A stretch of DNA of 64,000 bases from the human T2T-CHM13v2.0 reference genome, Homo sapiens. The translations under genes and the position numbers were made by a program. Location of the stretch: the NCBI RefSeq assembly GCF_009914755.1, contig NC_060930.1. One strand, written 5' to 3'. Shown one piece after another: positions 12,989 through 29,501 of this stretch (its first letter is position 1; every line of letters begins with the position of its first letter). The notes beneath the pieces are model-generated. The model searched no databases and was not told where the DNA came from. It saw only the letters and a program-made list of their open reading frames with translations.

Positions 12989-14158
12989 CCACTATGAAAA
13001 AGTAATAGCCTATAAAATTTAAAATGCTATTCCTCCCTTAGCTCATATCCTAACAGAGTGGTGGTCCCTTTGTCTTTCAAATCTGTCTTTCCTCTACCTG
13101 CCTGAAGCATCCAGAAGACGCCTGTGCTGTGTGTGTCCTGTCCACCACCTTCTTTCTTCATAGTCTCACTGGGATAACACAACCTTTAAAAACTTCATTT
13201 ATTTTTCACACATAGAAGATACTTACTTTCATTCTAAAGGTTTCATTTCTTCGTAACATCTTTTTGTGGAATGTTAACAGGAAATGTCATTTCCATCTTA
13301 GGTTTGACTAACCAAAGAGCATTAGACTATATTATAGTGACCATGTTCTCATGTTATATTTTAGATAGTTGAACATTAACTATTGTAACTTGCCTGTTTT
13401 ATGGAAACCTTTCAAAATCATATAATGTGATCCTTTGCCACTTAAAGTAATAAATGCTAGTCTTTTTATGGAAAAAAAGGCCATTCTCTTATTTTTTTTA
13501 TTATTCTATGATAATGTTAATGTTTCAAAATGACCCAATTATCATACATTATAATCTTTAAACATGTTTATATCCCAGCTTTATCCCAGCTTTTCTTTCA
13601 TAAGCAATTAAAAGTAGCTTACAAAGAAAATACAAGATAGCATAAACTTTAAATTAGAAGTATAAAACCAAGAAAAGGCCTTAAAATGAAATTGGAAGTG
13701 AGACTAAAAATTGCAAATCACTTATATGCAAGCTTGGTGCCCTGAATTTGTTTAAAAATATAGGGCAGAGAGGTATAGAAAAATGCTATTGTCATAATAC
13801 AAAATAATTTTGGATAAAAGTAATGTTTATCTTTCATACAACACCCATCTTAAAAGAGCAATCTCCCCTAGGCTATATATATATATATATATCTCCACAC
13901 GTATATATACATATACAGGTATGTTGGCATTTATGTATAGATAGATAGATATATGGATATAGTATAAGGATATCACCACCTACATTAACAGGTAGCCAAA
14001 GCTAGCTGAACATAAAAATTGCATGAGAGATTTTTTTGGCATAGATACCTCCAAGGTAACATTTCAGTACTCCAAAACTTTATTAATACATTAGCTCACA
14101 TGAGAATTAGATAGGATTCTGCAGGAACATATGACTTCTACAGTGATATAAATGGCTA

Positions 14159-14602
<444 letters not shown>

Positions 14603-16814
14603 CTAATTAAAGTTAACTAAGAGAAAGAAAAATGCCAGCTAAGAGAAGAGTGCTTTAGTGCAGACACAACATTACCAAATCCTGAACCAAAAATGTGACA
14701 ATAGCTGAAAAGACACATATGGGAAATATCAATGGCCACAGTCCAAATCGGGATTTTTTTAAGGATGAAAAAATAAAGTGACTTAAATTCAGAGTCTGCT
14801 GGTTGTGCTGGCTTTCAGCTGGCACTCAATAATTATTTATGTGGATACAAACAGTAAGGTTCTGGCTACCCTGCATCTGCTTTCCTATATTTGAGAAATT
14901 TCCCTTTCATAAGTCTTGGGGGTAAGGAGAAGAGCAAAGCCCATTTCCCAGTACAAAAACAGAAATATGTCAGGTTTTTCCTGACTCTTTTATTTGCTCA
15001 AGAAATGTCCACTGCATACCTCACCCCCGTACATGACATTACCTGGCCAACTCGAATTCTTTCAGCAGACTCGGTTCCACCACCATTTCCTCCAGGAAGT
15101 ACTTTCCTCTGTTCCCAAATGCCGTCTGTTATCTTCATTTCTGTATTTACCACATTTTTCATAACTATATATCTGCCTATCTCTCATATTGAACCATGGG
15201 CTTCCTGAAGGCAGAGCCTGTGTTTTGTCCATGTTTATATCCTCAATATCTAGCATAATGCTTAAAACATTAACTTTTGAGGATTAAATAAATAATAAAG
15301 AAAAACATGAGCTATGGGGACTGGGACATATCAGTGTTTCAAATTCCTGGAGATATGTTCCATCCTAGGCTTGTTCCTTTTCTTTTCACTAATTTCTACT
15401 GACAAAACCACCATCTATGGCTTCCAGCCAAGTTTTAGAATCCTTATCGAAATCCACATGGACCAGGGTACAATGTCATAGCTTCCCCATAATCCTAAAC
15501 AAGCACACACCCTTTCGAGGTTTCCTAAAGGCTTTGTCTCTCCTAAAAAACAATTTGGAAAGCAGGCACGAAGTGAGGACAACAAACAGCGGTGAAGTAT
15601 AAAAGTTTCAAAAAGCACATGTTGCTGCTTCTAGGTTCTCCTCCCTTCTTATGCTCTCATGTGCCCTCAGCTTCAGCTTCTGATAATGTTGCCAATTGGG
15701 ATACCTTATAAAGTAATAACAATCACAAAACAACAACAGGGACTAATAAATACTGATACCTACTATGTGGCAGGCAATGCATTAAAGGACTTAAAGCATT
15801 ATCTCACTTAATCATCTCAATTGACCCTAAGCAGTAGGTTGTGTTATTATCCTGAATTTACAGATGGAAAAACACCAAAGCATAAGGAAGTTATATAACT
15901 TGACCAAGAACACAAATCTGGTAAGTGGCAGTCAGGGTTTCAACCCAGGTCTGTCTGACTACAGAGCCTGATTTCTTCTCTGCAATATCCTGGTATCATA
16001 AACTGAGAACTAACTAAACAGTAACACCCCATATGAAGCTGAGAATACATAATAAAGAAAATACAGAACAAATTATACTTCTACTACTGGGCAAAATGAT
16101 AATGATATTGGTAACCCCCATAAAGAAACACAATAATGTATATGTATATGTATGTGTGTGTATTGACATACTCAGAAAAAATAAATCATAAGAAACATGC
16201 TGAAGTTCCAGATTATTACCAAAACAGAACTCATCAATGTGTCCTATACCAATGTTTCCCACACTTGGGTCCTAATACAGATTAAGAATAGAAAGAAAGG
16301 CCTGGTTATCTGCATTTTAACAAGTTTCTCCCCCCTCCCTCAGGTGATTCGTATCAGGCAAGTTTGATAACTAAACCATGTTAAAAACCCTTCTTTCTAA
16401 TAATTATTTAATTTCTTTTCAAGATTATAAGCATTTTGTATTGGGGAAAAAACATCCACAATGTCATCAGGCAATTATATAACGACACAAACAAAAGCAC
16501 CCACAAGCAGAAACATGCTACTGCCTTATGCCCTCAGCAGGAGACAGTGAACCTTTTAACTCTTTTTCAGTGTTTATTTTTATTAAATATACAAGAAAAG
16601 AACACATTTAAATGTTAGCAAGGAGGGAGGGTGGGCATGTCATTTTATGTTTGCCCAACTCTGGAGTACACTGTAAAATAATGAAGCCTGGAAAAGATAG
16701 CATTTGGTCACATATATTTTTTTTAATCAGAATAAAAAACCCACCTAAACTTTGTGACTTGAGATATCTGATCACTTGAAAAAACACTGGACCACAGTTT
16801 CCTTCCTCAATTTA

Positions 16815-17040
16815 AAAAGGAAAGACAAGACAGAAAGAAGAATGGTGGTTGTCAACGGGTGGGGGGAGAGAGAAATGGGGAATTAGAGTTTCACGGGTAC
16901 ACAGCTTCAGTTACACTGGATGAAAAGAGCTCTGGAGATGGATGGCGGTGATGGTTGTACAACAAAGTAAATGTACTTAATGCCACTTAACTATCAACTT
17001 AAAACTGATTAAGATGGTAAATTTTATGCACCTTATCACA
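16815..17040 (+). mobile_element. L1M 3' UTR fragment
   Basis: TCTGGAGATGGATGGCGGTGATGGTTGTACAACA...AATGTACTTAATGCCAC is typical of L1MB ends. Confidence 0.75.
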
Positions 17041-17046
17041 ATCTAA

Positions 17047-17490
<444 letters not shown>

Positions 17491-17984
17491 AATTCTTTAA
17501 ATTTTTAAAAAACAGTTTTTACATATTTGAGAGAAAAGCCTAAATTGAGGTGGAACACACACACAAAGCACAGAGCTGTGAGTCAGGTGTCCTGTGATTT
17601 AGTCCTAATTTGCTCTCTGACTTTGGACACACATCCTGCAACCTGTGTCTCAGTTCTTTCTGCAGAAAATGAGTATCAAGAATTACAGAAGTTAGAACAA
17701 AAATCACGTACAGAGCATCTGGAAATGTGTATGAGTATGGGAGGGGGGACATTATGGGCTGGTTATAGCATAAGGTTCAAAGAACTCAACTGATTTACCC
17801 AAGATCTCAAGAGATTTACGTGAAAGTAGTTGTGAAACTTAGTATAAAGGGCAATGTGCGCAGGTTACCAAAACGTATCTATCAGCATAAAAACAACACC
17901 ATAAAAGGGTAATCGGAGAAGACAACCTGATGCTTTGGTATGCTACATAGAAATAATTCTTCCCAGTCAAAAAACTAGCAAGTT

Positions 17985-19540
17985 CATTCATTTATTCATT
18001 CACTCAATATTTAATATGCATTTACCATGTTCCAGGAAGTAAGGCACTGAGAACAGCCACTGTGCATATGGAGAGCTCAGAGCTCCAAAGGGAGCTCAGG
18101 AGTAAACCAGGAGAAAACCTGGTGGAAGAGCACTCAGGTGATGAAAAAAGGCATGCATAGGTCTGTGGTTGAAGGGCACAGGACTACAAGGAGACCAGTG
18201 CATGAGTGGGGAGCCAGCAGCCAGGGGAACATGGTAAGACATGGCTCTGGATGTGTGGCAAAGGGCCAAGACAATGCAGACTCTCATGAACGTCTTAAAG
18301 GATTGTAAACTTTTTCCCCAATAGCTATGAAAAGCCATCAAAATGCATTAAGGAGGATTAGAAGAGATTAAATGATCAGATCTGGGGGTGGACAGAGAAA
18401 AAAATTTAAATGGTCAAAGAACTCCCACAGAATCCAGTTAAGTGGCTATGGTGGCTTGCAGAAGAATGTGGCAGCAGTGGATAAAAAGTGGCCAAGTCAG
18501 GAGATATTGAGAAAGTCAAATCTACAGAACCCAGTTATATGACAATGGTTATAGTAATTAGGGCTGTAAGCATGGATGAGAGACAACACAGAGAGAAAAG
18601 AAAAAGTCCAACAGGCAATCTTGAAAAACTCGAGTGTTTACTGGCCTTGTGAAAGAGGCCAAGTTTACAGAGGGAACTAAGCAGGAGCAGACAAGAAGTG
18701 GGAGAAAAACCAGGAGTACAGTGTCATAAAAGCTAAAGGAGAGAGTATTTCAAGAAGAAAAGAATGGCCAATAGGGTGAAATACTAAAATGTAAGGAAGA
18801 GGAGGCCTGAAAAATATCCACTGGATTTAGCTATACAGAAGTCACCCATGACCCAAGAATAAGTGTTTTAATGAATTATGGGGTAAGAGACTAGATTAGT
18901 ATGTGTTGAAGAATGAGTATGAAGTGAAGAAATGATGGAGGATATTGCCACCTCTTCTGAGGACTTTGGCCTTGAAGGAAAGGAATGATATAAGGTAGTA
19001 GCTGGAATAAAGCATGCAGTTAAGGGAGAGTGTTTTTGTTGATTGTTGTTTTATTAACAGAAGAGGCTGCAACATGCTTAAAATCCAATAAGAAAGATCT
19101 ATTGAAGGAAAAAGATGAATATATACAAGAAAGGTTTCTAAGGCAATGACAGAGATAAGATCCAGGGCACAGCAGGAGGGGACAGGCTTTGGGTAGGTGG
19201 AGAGAGGACTCCTGTGTTGAACAGCAGCAGCGGGGGTGAGGATGGATGCAGAAGAAGATAGGTTTGTGTCTTTGGTAGCAAAAAAGACTTTCTACTTGTT
19301 GGCTTCAATTTTCTCTGAGAGTAGGAGTCTAGATCACCTGTTAACACTGAGAAAAGGTGGTGGGAGGAGGTGCTGTGAGGAAGAGAAGGGTTAATCATAC
19401 AGATAGAAAAAGACTGCTGGCCAGAACCATTTGAGGCTGGTGATAATGAAGTTCTAATGAAATCAATCTACCCTGAAGTATCGCTTTCTCTGGTGTGCTT
19501 CCTGTGTGGGGACATGCACAGACAAAGCACATGGCTGGGT
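17985..19540 (-). mobile_element. L2 element, long decayed copy
   Basis: TTCATTCATTTATTCATTCACTCAA tail followed by purine-rich L2 antisense sequence. Boundaries approximate. Confidence 0.65.
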
Positions 19541-20054
19541 TCATACAGGCTCAGCCTTTGCTGGCAAAATAGTACATACTCAGCAGTTTGCAAGGAATTG
19601 AAAAGGGATTGTGTGGAAGTGTAAAACAAAACAAAAACAAAAACAAGCCTCACTCCATTCCTAAAGATCATTTTTAGAACACCCTCTATACTACAGAACA
19701 ACCCACACAGAGGTGACTGAAGACACATATGCCACTTAACATCTGCTTTTCAAAAGATCATATGCCTCACTTATCCTATGATAGCAGAGAAGTTACCGTA
19801 ACAAATTCCTGAAGATGACTGTTTCGATTAAATCATGCTCAGACTTAGCATGTCCTTACTGTTCTTATTGGTGCAAAAAGCACCTCACCTTGCAATCACC
19901 AAAAAAAAAAAAAGAAAAAAAAAAAAAGGCCTGCGTAACTCAGTGTAGACATCCCTTCATGCTCATATTTGGGCACAGATTAGCAACAAGCTATGAAGGT
20001 AATTTTCCCTTGTTCTCAAAACTAGGTGCCTGAGTTTTTTCAAACATTCTTTTT

Positions 20055-20185
20055 TTTTTTTCTACAAAGTGACTCTCCATTAACAACAAGGTAGACAGCA
20101 AAGATGAGAAACAGTATATTTTTTTCTACAAAGTGACTCTCCATTAACAACAAGGTAGACAGCAAAGATGAGAAACAGTATATTT
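20055..20185. repeat. Perfect 64-bp tandem duplication
   Basis: TTTTTTTCTACAAAGTGACTCTCCATTAACAACAAGGTAGACAGCAAAGATGAGAAACAGTATA occurs twice, with period 64. Confidence 0.97.
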
Positions 20186-20825
20186 ATAGCAAGCTTAGTT
20201 AGTACTTCAAGGTTAGAGTCTAACAAATTCAATAATTAAAACATATCTAATGAATTATGACTTTCTCACTTCACAAAGAACAATCAATCCCATTAACAGC
20301 CTAAATTTTAATGAATACAGAGAATGGTATTGATGTTGATAGAGAAGTAACTCCTCCAGTACCTATATTTTAGTGAATAAAAGGAAAATTTAAGTAAACT
20401 TTAGTGACTAATAAGGATAAATACACCCTCCCCAAAAAGGGGGTAGTGGGAATCAATTTATTTTTATTATGGTAGAAAACTAAATCTCAAACTACTTCAT
20501 ATCACAGGCTAAGATGATAATGTGAATAATCAAGTCAAAATACAAGAAGTGTTAAAACAAATAGATGAACCTATCAAAGAAAAACAGATAGAGTTACATA
20601 TACCGGCTGCTCCTGTAATGTAAAAGAAATCTTCATGTGAGAGAAAGGTAAGAGAATGCTAAAGGGAAACATGACAAAGGCAGGACTTGTCAAGTTTCTA
20701 AGTAAGGAGAGTTTTGATCAAAACCCATCTTCCCTCAAGCTTTACAGCCCTATTGTTAGTGGATCAGTGGCAGCATGCGGGGGGAGGGGAAACTCATGTT
20801 GATTACATACTTCCTAAATCTCTAG

Positions 20826-21181
<356 letters not shown>

Positions 21182-21944
21182 TAACTTTTTAAATGATCAC
21201 ATCACTGAAATTTGTCAACTTACTTCGTCACTTTTCCCCCTAAACTCGTAATACATGCATGCTTAGACTAACAGCTTGCACATCAAACTGAGTGAAACAT
21301 AGGCCTTCAATTTCATCACGGGCACATCTTTAAAAGCTGAAAAGAAATAATTTTATGAATGAAAGGGCAAAGTAAAAGAAAGAATAGAAAAAAAAGAGTG
21401 GGGCTTAGACCTGCTAAAAGGTAATTAACAAGTTAAGAAGTGTTTCTTTCTCAAAGGCATCATGGAGGGGAAACAGTGCAGAAGAGGTATGCATCAGTAC
21501 AACTCTTTTGGCAGACAATTCAGAAGTACGTCTCAAAATTTTAAATGTAATACCCTTTGTCCCAGCAATTCCACTTCCAGGACCTTATCCTATGGATATA
21601 TTCACATGCCTCACAAAGACACATACAAAGTTCAGTACAACAGTTTTAAAAGCAAAAAACAACATAATATCCATCAATAAGGCACTCTAAACAAAATGTT
21701 ATACACATACAATAGAATACCATATGGTATTTTTTAAAAATCACAGATACAAGAAAAAGTAGGACTGTGGTAACAAGTGCCTGCTGTAGAAATTGCAACT
21801 AGGTTTGCCAGTCTCCCATGAAGAGGACAACCAGATGAGCTATCTTCCTACCGTGGCTGTGTCACTTTTTCAGTTTTCTGCTTCAAAAATGGAAGTAGGA
21901 GAATGTGGGCTATACCTTACATCACATCTATAAAGATCTTTTTT

Positions 21945-22306
<362 letters not shown>

Positions 22307-24944
22307 TTACAGAGAATTTCTGTAAATTAATCTAGGCAAGAAGGCCAGGAACATAAAAAGAAAGTAATATATTCAGATATTTCCTCCAAATATTACATGC
22401 CAAATTACATCTCCCAAACTGTAGGTAAAACCATATAGATACAATAAAAATGGTCACCAGATGTAGACACTAACTCTTACACCTCACTTGGATGCAGACG
22501 CACTACATTATAAGCAGTGTACATTAACTCTAAGAATTTTAAAATGTGATAATGGTTAGAAGTCATCCATTTCTGTTCTCAAAGTTCAATCATTTTGAGT
22601 TCACTTGGCAAGGTAAATAAGCAATTTGATTTTTTCTACACAAGCTGAAATACTGTTAACTACTTTTTAATTGATAACTTTCAGGCTCTGTGTGTGTCTG
22701 GCTTGTGGCCAAACTACAGCCCATGGCCATGTGTATGCACACACATACATACACCCTCATACCTCTGGATTCTGCAGCCTGAAGGCTAAGTCAACACTAA
22801 GCCAACTTCCTATGGGAACATTTCAAACCCTAAAGGGCCTCCTCCCGGTATTAAACCAGTCCAATCCAGTTTAGCTTCTAAGGTGTGACTGAATTCACGC
22901 ATGTGACTGAATCACCGGCCTCCAGGTCATGCTATTAAACAAGATGACTCTGACCACAGCTTTACAATCTAACCTTCACAATTACAGCATCTTTAAACTT
23001 TAATATAATGAAATATGATGGCCCTATTATATTCTCATTCAAAATGCAAACAATGGACAAAATAATTGCTATCCAACTACATACTCAGACAAGTGAAAAG
23101 TTCCTGGCTGCTTAATTAGAAAACATTTGACTGCTTTGCTCCTGCATACAACCTATTCCCAAAATTTTGAGTCTTAATTGGCTAACATATTTAAAACAAA
23201 CCTATGAAAAGACTGCCAGGGACATTAAAAGGAAAATTATTTATTTATTTATGTTTAGCTTTTTTATTTTTATTTTTTAAAGGCAATTTAAATAAATGAA
23301 TGAGATAAATTAAAAACAAGCATAAGACAGGCAGAAACTAGTAAGCAGAAATAATCTCTTCAAACACACACACCTCTAGTTTTAGTCTTGACATACTTAG
23401 TGTCTTTCCATAGAGCCACCTCAGATTTGCAAAGCCCTCCTGCACCTTCTGCACTGTTCTCTCTGGCCTTCAGGTACATATTCATGTTCATGCCTGCTCA
23501 GGCAGACTTGTTTGCACACAGAGCAATGTTAGGCACTGCTGTTTTGGAATTTGGCTTTCATTAATGTTCTAAGGCAGATATCTACTTGGAGAGAATGAGA
23601 GAAGCCAGACAAGTCAGAGGCTAAATTTCAAGCTGGAAGTCAGAGCTTTACCTCTCTCAAAAAGAAGTCAATTTTACTGTGATGCCTCGGCAAACCCTTA
23701 AATAAGAGGAGAGCTGAACCCTCTGTTTGTAACACCTACCTCTGAGGAACAAGCACTACTGTCTGGGATTTCATTCCTCTATATCAACCCTAACTCTTGG
23801 TGACTTATTAATCCACTAGTGTTTAAAGGATACTCCTAGGATCCCTTGCCTATTGGCTCTTGGTTAATTCTACTTTATCCTCTCTTGCTTTTAATCTCCT
23901 TACACACCAGATGTTTTTGTGACAACCTTTTGATCTAAGTTCATCAAATCCAGTATTCTTTGTTAGTCTTTTGATTGAAAATTAAGGTAAGGTTAGGGGC
24001 AATAGTAAGGCTTATTTACCCAAGATATCTTACCAGTTGTGGTTTTTAGCAATAAGGTTGTATTATATTCTAAAAAAAGTTAAAGTATACAAACAGAACA
24101 AGCAGAAACTAGTATAGGTATGTAGTATTTTTATTATTTGAAACTTTTCCACTGAAAACTGAACATAACACACAGAAATTCCTAGAAGGAATTATGAACA
24201 GAATTTCCTAATACAGATTTAACAGAAAGACATAATGTATTTATCAGTGACCTATTTAAATAGAAGCTATAGAACTATCCCTTGCAATCTCTTCCACTAA
24301 ATCATATAACTTTGTCATTCTTACTACCCCATTACATAATCCAGGCTCTTCATCCTCTTTAGGATAATGTGACATACTAAAACTGCTTAATTTCGCTGTG
24401 ATTTTGCTCTTACTCGTTCTAAAAATCTTAAGTTCTTTCATTATCCATAATTTTCCTTAAGTTGTTATGAGTTGTTGCTGATGCTATTTTCATAGGTAGC
24501 TAATTCCAAGTTAAACTCTAAGGCTAACTCTAAGTTAAACAACTTCATTAAACCCTCATTAATTAAGGTTAAATAATTTTGGTAACTAATTAGTTAAACA
24601 ACTAAATTAAACCCTCATTAATTTCTTACAAGGGGCAAAGACTTTAGTTGTCAGTTGTATATGGCACTATTCATTTAGTCATTTCTTAAGTTCATCGATA
24701 ATTTTCATATATCTTTGCTGAAAATATCATTGAGCTTCAAGAATGCGCTATCACAGTTGTTCTGATCAACAGTTCCATTTCTTTAAATCTAGTTTGCCTA
24801 AAGGAAATTATGTAAGTAGTTACATGGAAGTATATGAAGATGAGAATTCAGAGCAACCACCTCCGTTATGTAAAAGGTATGTGATGTCAAAAATATGAGT
24901 TACTCTTTGAGCCTCAGTTTCTTTATTGATAAAAATGAAGTCAT

Positions 24945-25145
24945 GCCATAAAGACGGCAACAACCAGACACTGGGGACTACTATGGGGTGGGGGCAAGGG
25001 CTGAAAACTACTTATTAGGTGTGATGCTCACTACGTGGGTGACAGGACCAGTTGTACCCTAAACCTCAGCATCATGCAATATACCCAAGTAACAAACCTG
25101 CACATATACCCCTAGAATCTAAAATAAAAGTTGAAATTGTTTTAA
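24945..25145 (+). mobile_element. L1 3' end fragment inside a MIR
   Basis: GACACTGGGGACTAC...AACAAACCTGCACATATACCCC...AAATAAAAGTTG. Flanks AAAAATGAAGTCA / AAAAATGGAGTCA look like a TSD. Confidence 0.85.
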
Positions 25146-26024
25146 AAATGGAGTCACAATCTATTTCACAGGATTGTGGTAATTTTAAAAGCTAACACAT
25201 TAAAAAACAGCTAGGACAGAAACTGCCACATGGCCAACATGATACATGTATTTCTTAGGTAACTACTTTGTGACTGTTACTTACTTTTTAACTTCATGGA
25301 TCATTTTTATTCTGTAACATCTATAAATTACACTTATTATAAAAATTTCTCTTCACTGTTATTTCACATATTAATTCTCTCAAGAAACATGACAATTAGA
25401 AAATTATATTTTCTACGGAAAATTTTAGGATACTGAATTGTTAGTAAAACAAATACTCTTTATGGGGCTAACAAACATTCTTTTTATTTTCAAGAGTCAT
25501 ATTCTATATGGAAACACTAATAAAAATGTGCTGGACAATCCAAATTAATATATTTGATTAATAACTTATAACAGTATAATTTATATTAATAAAAAATGTG
25601 AAGGATGCTATTGCTCTGTTCCTATTTCAGATCAATATTTCTAAATCTTTAGAAGATATGCACCAAAAATCTTACTAAGTCACCTATCACATATAATACT
25701 GGTTTGCTTTTAAGTAAAAAATATATTTTCCTTCTAATCTCTGGAGAAAAATTTCCTATTCTATCTTGAGTATGCAAATTTGCTACATAGGGATAACCAC
25801 ATCCCTCTTTTCATCCACTACAGCAACCAACAGAAACCAAACCCACTGTGCCACCTCAGATAATTTTTATTGACAAAGCCAAGTAAAATCCATATAAATG
25901 TTTGATCTAGATACAAAAAATAAAGCCCAATAAAATGGACATTTTCCACAACAAATCCAAATACAGCACAAAACTTATGGGAATAATTATCAAGTAAAAA
26001 CAATTATTAAGTAAAAAACTACTC

Positions 26025-26496
26025 TTTTTTTTTTTTTTTTGAGACAGGGTCTTGCTCTGTCACCTACCCTGGGGTGCAGTGACACAGTCACAACTCACTG
26101 CAGCCTCGACCTCCTGGACTCAAGCTATCCACCCACCTCAGACTCCCAAGAAGAAAATGAGGTGGAGGCAGAAGCAGGTAACGTTTAGGACCCTTTTTAG
26201 TCTAAAGCTGTACTAACAGACTACAAATACAACACAGAAGTCAGAGGTCACAATAGGCAGAGTCAAGCAACTGAAAGTAGAGAATTAAAAAAAAAAACTC
26301 CAAAGAAAATTCTAAATTCTAATTCTAAAATCTCTACAGGTGTATGCCACCATGCCTGGCTAATTTTTAAATTTTTTGTAGAGATGGGGTCTTGGTGTGC
26401 TGCCCAGGCTGGTCTCCAACTCCTGAGCTCCAGCAATCCTCCTGCCTCAGCTTCCCAAAGTGCTGGGATTATAGGCGTGAGCCAGGGCACCCAGCC
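26025..26496 (-). mobile_element. AluJ interrupted by a 183-nt non-Alu insertion (26151-26333)
   Basis: The Alu stops at CTCCCAAG and resumes at CTACAGG. Confidence 0.9.
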
Positions 26497-27098
26497 AAGA
26501 CATTACTCTCTAAATGTGATTATTATTGTCCAATACCAAAAAATTTGCTCATGGTGATATTTTGATTGTTTATAATTTTGTCTCTTTTTTCTTTTAGAAT
26601 AAATCAAGGCATTCAACAGTGAGAAATACACACAATTCAACTCTCTTCATTTAATTTTTTCATATGCTGGAAGAAAAGTACTTAATTTTCTTTTCAAGTA
26701 AAGAAAGGCTCAATGACTTCAACTAAAAACGAAGTTCTACAGATGAAAAGTTTCTTCTAGTGAAAGAAACCACAATAATATTTTATAAGCCACAGGACAA
26801 CGACAGAATTTCAGCAACAAAGAAATCTTGTAAGCATTTAAACCTGATATATGGTATTTTAACCACGAACCTTAACAAAGGAAAATAAAGCAAACTAGGA
26901 AAACCAAAGTCCTAAGTTAAAGCTAAACATTGTTCTAAAAAGGTATTTCTGCCAAAATAAAAGTTCAAAACAAATAATTCAAAGACTCAAATTCTCACCT
27001 AAAGCAGTAAGAGCTCTATGACATCAAGCTTTTGTAGGAAATTTTAGGATCTCTGACACACAAAATGAAATATTTAAGTACTTAGGAGAAAAATGCAT

Positions 27099-27132
<34 letters not shown>
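27099..27132. repeat. (TA)n(CA)n compound microsatellite
   Basis: Seen directly. Confidence 0.9.
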
Positions 27133-27676
27133 TACACCAATTTGTACTTATAATTATTCATGAGTACCACAGAGACAATGTCCAGAGGCCATTGTTTTTA
27201 AAAGTAGGGGTTTTTCTAATCTATTTTATTTTTTTAGAGATGGGGTCTTGCTATATTGTCTAGGTTGGTCTCAAATTCCTGGCCTCAAGCAATCCTCCGG
27301 CCTCATCCTCCCTGCCAAAAGTAGGTTATTTTAGAAGAATAGCTGGATCCCATATTTTGCTTCTGCCTAAAAAACTTCAAAGGAGAGAGCAGAACACACC
27401 CTCAAAGATGCACTGTTACAAATACTTTAGGTATCACAATTGAAATATTTTAATTAAAGGCCACAAAGATTCTATCATTCCAAGTATAGAATGTGTCCAG
27501 CTGCACAGCCTTCTCATGGCCTCTCATTCTAAGTCACCTGGAAAGTGTAATATGATGATGGCTGTGTCTACAGCCACTAAACCTTCACTCAAGAAGATCT
27601 GGTGCTTTAAACAAGTGTAGGCAAGTTGATCCTGGTTTTTCTTTTCGATTCAGCAACCTACACCCACCTCTATTTA

Positions 27677-28089
<413 letters not shown>

Positions 28090-28620
28090 TAGGGGCTCCT
28101 GAGTGTGTGTATGTGGAGGATTCATTACAGTTTTTAGACATTGAAATTTCCAAAATAAAAAGGGAGAAAGAAAAGGGGAGAGAAAAGAGAAGTGAAAGGA
28201 AGGAAGAAAGAGGAAAGAGAGGAAGAGAACGGGATGTCAAATCAAACAGAGCTGGTTTTGAGTCTTAATTCTCTAACTTATTAGCAGTATAAACTTGGTA
28301 AACCTAAGGTTCCTTATCTGTAAAAGCTGGATAATAACAATTCCTGCTTTATGAGATTGTCAGGAGATTTGAATGAGAGAACACGAGTATAGCATTTAAG
28401 AGAACGAGAAAGTAATCAAACCATTAACTATCCTATATAATTATTTTTATTGTAATCAAATAAATTGGTTAGTTTAATGACTTTATAGTTTATATATAGT
28501 TTATAATTTAATGATGTCATAGCTTTAGAAATATAGCAAGTTATTCAACAACCTGACATAATATTTGTAAAACCAAAAAAAAAAAAAAAAAAACTGAGGT
28601 AAAGAAATATATAGTTTTCA

Positions 28621-28939
<319 letters not shown>

Positions 28940-29416
28940 TTAGCTTCTTATAAGGCAATAAGAACATGAACTCAAGAGCCAGATTGCCTAGGTTTGAGTT
29001 CCAAGTCTGCCACTCGCTGGCTGTATGACTGCAAGCCAAGTATTTACTGGGTCTCAGTTTCTGTCTGTTTACTGGGATGACAATAGGGATGTTGTGAGGA
29101 GAAAATGAATTAATATATGTAAACTGCTTAGAACAGTGTCTGGCACTTAGTAAGTGCTATGTAAGTATTAGCGTGGATTTAGCTGTTAATAATGCTCACC
29201 AGGAAACTATTTACCACCCCAAAACTGGCAATTGTTAAGCCCACTCACTAGAGTAATTAGACTAGGAGATATGAACTGGAAACTTGTGGGCTACAAGTCC
29301 AAACTAAACTCTAACCTTCAAACTCAGCAGTTCTTTAGAGGCAAAATCAAAGTCTGCTATCTGCGAAGTTACTGACAACATCCGAAGACATATTACAGCT
29401 GTGTGTGCGAGCGCCC

Positions 29417-29419
<3 letters not shown>

Positions 29420-29448
<29 letters not shown>
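29420..29448. repeat. (GT)n microsatellite
   Basis: GT run preceded by GC-containing variants. Confidence 0.95.
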
Positions 29449-29451
<3 letters not shown>

Positions 29452-29501
29452 AGCTACAATTCAGAATCATGGCCTCTAAGTAGTGGAAATGTGATTTTTA
29501 A

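Noticed and set aside
18096-19728. Three minus-strand ORFs of 81-86 aa, some with hydrophobic stretches
   Set aside because: They lie in or beside a decayed L2, have no recognisable domain, and show no splice signals linking them to the DST frame.
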